Shown here: positions 60,288-64,000 of the stretch, in pieces | How positions within the stretch are numbered: position 1 is the first letter of the stretch | Layout: every line of letters begins with the position of its first letter | Assembly: GCA_002269645.1 (NCBI GenBank) | Contig: NIVC01002144.1 | Span: 97,992-161,991 of the forward strand | DNA length: 64,000 bases | Direction: 5' to 3' | Origin: Macrostomum lignano | Taxonomy: Eukaryota | The notes under the pieces: model-generated | The model's database searches: none | What the model was told of the DNA's origin: nothing | Seen by the model: the letters and a program-made list of their open reading frames with translations, nothing else | Translations under genes and position numbers: made by a program

Positions 60288-60661
60288 TTCTTTCGGTGCG
60301 ACAAGATGAGTAACTTTTTCGAGAGCTGCTAGTCCACAGAGCGCTAAAAAGTTGTCCGTGATTTTGTCGATCTGTTTCTTTATCTTCCCACTTCTTGGTT
60401 CGAGCCAAGGCTTTGAATGCCTTAATCCAGGTTAATGCATGAACCGTGTCAGTAAGATCCAGATTGCCAAGCCGCGACGCCGTTGTCGTAGTTTGAACGA
60501 AGCTGTCGGAAGCGTTTATTCAAGCATAGAAAATTATAACATAAGTGGGAGGCTGAGAACGAAAGCTTAAGAACGTATAGCTGGTTGCTACCATAGACAT
60601 AACAAGGATATGATTGGGTAATGTGCAACAGCGCTAGCTCTAGCTAGCAGCCACTACCACA

Positions 60662-61585
60662 CTCATGACACACTGAGTCCTCATGACACACTGAGTCCTC
60701 ATGACACACTGAGTCCTCATGACACACTGAGTCCTCATGACACACTGGGCCGTATGCAGAAAGCTTAGTCCAGACTAGCTAGTCCGGACTTGGGTAGTTC
60801 AGTCTATAGTCTATGGTCTAGCTACCCTAGTTCTGCTATAGTAGACTGGTCTAACTTTGTGTTTCTGCATACCAAATCCAAGTCTAGACTAGTTTTTCAA
60901 GACCGGACTACCCTAGACAGAGCTTTCTGCATACGGCCCACTGAGTCCTCATGACACACTCAGTCCTCATGACACACTGAGTATTGATGACACACACGAG
61001 TCCTACTCATGACACACTGAGTATTGATGACACACACGAGTCCTCATGACACACTGAGTCCTGGTGACACACTGAGTCCTAACTCACTGAGTCCTCATGA
61101 CACACTCAGTCCTCATGACACACTGAGTCCTAACTCACTGAGTCCTCATGACACACTCAGTCCTCATGACACACTGAGTCCTAAGTCACTGAGTTCTCAT
61201 GACACACTCAGTTCTCATGACACACTGAGCATTGATGACACACACGAGTCCTCATGACACACTGAGTATTGATGACACACACGAGTCCTCATGACACACT
61301 GAGTCCTGGTGACGCACTGAGTCCTCATGACACACACGAGTCCTCATGACATACTGAGCATTGATGACACACTAAGTCCTCATGACACACTGAGCATTGA
61401 TGACACACACGAGTCCTCGTGGCACACTGAGCATTGATGACACACTGAGTCCTCATGACACACTGAGCATTGATGACACACACGAGTCCTCATGACACAC
61501 TGAGTCTTGATGACACACACAAGCCCTCATGACACACTGAGTCTTGATGACAAACTGAGTGCTGATGACACACACTAAGTCCTGA
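60662..61585. repeat. 18-bp minisatellite (GACACACTGAGTCCTCAT)
   Basis: About 40 copies; about 1.5 units also lie left of the gypsy element at 56095-56120. Confidence 0.95.
60747..60939. mobile_element. 193-bp MITE with perfect 19-bp TIRs (PIF/Harbinger-like)
   Basis: GGGCCGTATGCAGAAAGCT ... AGCTTTCTGCATACGGCCC; TSD ACT (or CACTG if the ends are shifted by 1 nt). Inserted in the 18-bp array. Confidence 0.9.
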
Positions 61586-61714
61586 CATTTTATATAAGTA
61601 ATATTGGCATTCACTCCTATTAACATCTATCAATAGTAGATTTTTTTCAGCGCCGGAACGAAGTAAAGCAGGAACGCGAAATTCAACAACACGAGGCAAA
61701 TTATTGTATATTTA

Positions 61715-62840
61715 TTTAGGATCTATTGTAGATCTATCGAAGATCCATTGAGGATCTATTGTGGATCTATTGTAGATTTATTGAGTATCTATTGAAGATC
61801 TATTGAGGATCTATTGTGGATCTATAGTAGATTTATTTAGGATCTATTGTAGATCTATCGAAGATCCATTGAGGATCTATTGTGGATCTATTGTAGATTT
61901 ATTGAGGATCTATTGTAGATTTATCGAAGATCTATTGAGGATCTATTGTAGATTTATCGAAGATCTATTGAGGATCTATTGTAGATTTATCGAAGATCTA
62001 TTGAGGATCTATTGTAGATTTATCGAAGATCTATTGAGGATCTATTGTAGATTTATCGAAGATCTATTGAGGATCTATTGTAGATTTATCGAAGATCTAT
62101 TGAGGATCTATTGTAGATTTATCGAAGATCTATTGAGGATCTATTGTAGATTTATCGAAGATCTATTAAGGATATATTGTAGATCTATCGAAGATCTATT
62201 AAGGATATATTGTAGATCTATCGAAGATCTATTGTAGATCTATCGAAGATCTATTGAGGATCTTTTGAGGATCTATTGTAGATTTATCGATGATCTATTG
62301 AGGATCTATTGTAGATCTATTGAGGATCTTTTGAGGATCTATTGAGGATCTATTGTAGATCTATCGAAGATCTATTGAGGATCTATTGTAGATTTATCGA
62401 AGATCTATTGAGGATCTATTGTAGATTTATCGAAGATCTATTGAGGATCTATTGTAGATTTATCGAAGATCTATTGAGGATCTATTGTAGATTTATCGAA
62501 GATCTATTGAGGATCTATTGTAGATTTATCGAAGATCTATTAAGGATATATTGTAGATCTATCGAAGATCTATTAAGGATATATTGTAGATCTATCGAAG
62601 ATCTATTGTAGATCTATCGAAGATCTATTGAGGATCTTTTGAGGATCTATTGTAGATTTATCGATGATCTATTGAGGATCTATTGTAGATCTATCGAAGA
62701 TCTATTGTAGATCTATTGAGGATCTATTGTAGATCTATCGAAGATCTATTGAGGATCTATTTTAGATCTATTGAGGATCTATTGCAGATCTAGTTAGGAT
62801 CTACTGTGTATTTACTGATGATCTATTGTAGATTTATTGT
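61715..62840. repeat. 33-bp minisatellite (GAGGATCTATTGTAGATTTATCGAAGATCTATT)
   Basis: About 30 copies with an internal block duplication; source of the RIYCRFIEDLL ORFs. Confidence 0.96.
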
Positions 62841-63104
62841 ACGGTTTCCGTTTACAGTTTTAGAGTAAAAAATGATTTGTTTCTACAAAATCAAGTCACC
62901 ATTAAATTCTTCAAAGGTTTGACTGCAAGTCATCAGTCGGTCACACGGCTCTGCTACGCTGGGGTGCCACTTGGTTTTTGTTGCTGGATTCCGAACTGTA
63001 GATCACCAGGGAGCCGACGACCAGGAGGAGCTGAAAATTGTATTTTTCAGGGATTTTTTGAAGTTTACAACTTATCACAAGGTATTTGTAATCGCTGACC
63101 CAAT

Positions 63105-63975
63105 GATTCCCTGATCATATGACCCACTGACGCTATGAACCACTGACCCTATGAACCACTGACCCACTGACCCCATGAACCACTGACCAACTGACCCTAT
63201 GAACCACTGACCCACTGACCCTATGAACCACTGACCCACTGACCCTATGAACCACTGACCCACTGACCCTATGAACCACTGACCCTATGAACCACTGACC
63301 CTATGAACCACTGATCCCATGAACCACTGACCCACTGACCCTATGAACCACTGACCCACTGACCCCATGAACCACTGACCAACTGACCCTATGAACCACT
63401 GACCCACTGACCCTATGAACCACTGACCCACTGACCCTATGAACCACTGACCCACTGACCCTATGAACCACTGACCCTATGAACCACTGACCCTATGAAC
63501 CACTGACCCTATGAACCACTGACCCTATGAACCACTGATCCCATGAACCACTGACCCACTGACCCTATGAACCACTGACCCTATGACCCACTGATCCATG
63601 AACCACTGACCCACTGACCCTATGAACCACTGACCCTATGACCCACTGATAATATGACCCACTAACCCAATGACCTACTGACCTGACCCTATGACTCACT
63701 GATCATATAAACCACTGACCCTATGAACCACTGACCCTATGAACCACTGACCCCATGAACCACTGACCCACTGACCCTATGAACCACTGACCCTATGACC
63801 CACTGATAATATGACCCACTAACCCAATGACCTACTGACCTGACCCTATGACTCACTGATCATATAAACCACTGACCCTATGAACCACTGACCCTATGAA
63901 CCACTGACCCCATGAACCACTGACCCACTGACCCTATGAACCACTGACTTTATGACCCACCGATCCAATGACGCA
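63105..63975. repeat. Mixed 16/8-bp minisatellite (GACCCTATGAACCACT / GACCCACT)
   Basis: Tandem units up to the window end. Confidence 0.96.
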
Positions 63976-64000
63976 ATGACGTGACTTATAAAATTTATCC

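Larger units (their letters stand above)
56121..60661 (-). mobile_element. Ty3/gypsy LTR retrotransposon (K02A2.6-like), full length but frameshifted
   Basis: LTRs 56121-56295 and 60484-60661 (TG...CA; 5 substitutions plus a 3-bp deletion between them); 5-bp TSD CTCAT. Gene order gag-PR-RT-RH-IN on the minus strand. Confidence 0.96.

Overview
Eukaryotic genomic DNA: GC-rich spliced exons with GT-AG introns, and introns and intergenic DNA packed with minisatellites. This style suggests a free-living flatworm such as Macrostomum lignano, but that is an inference from style only. I reconstructed eight spliced genes by hand with splice phases checked: an ALDH3 ending in a CaaX box, a small Cys-rich membrane protein, a Gab/Dos-like PH docking protein, CSTPP1/C11orf49, centrin, a goliath-type PA-TM-RING ligase, a 2xBIR+RING IAP and RBBP4/RbAp48. 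One further minus-strand gene is only tentative. Mobile DNA includes a decayed but structurally complete Ty3/gypsy element (LTRs and 5-bp TSD), two solo LTR-like elements, a tRNA-derived SINE and several MITEs, often nested. There are about 30 tandem arrays; most long ORFs in the ORF track are simply translations of these arrays. No rRNA, tRNA gene, CRISPR array or prokaryotic system is supported. The most unusual signals are: (i) minisatellites built from splice junctions, giving a ladder of five decoy 3' splice sites in CSTPP1 and a ladder of six in-frame acceptors in a minus-strand gene; (ii) an in-frame, stop-free 33-bp (11-aa) array inside the Gab-like gene; (iii) sharply bounded CpG-depleted domains; (iv) a putative centrin-CSTPP1 operon, where the centrin exon seems to have a TG in place of an AG acceptor.
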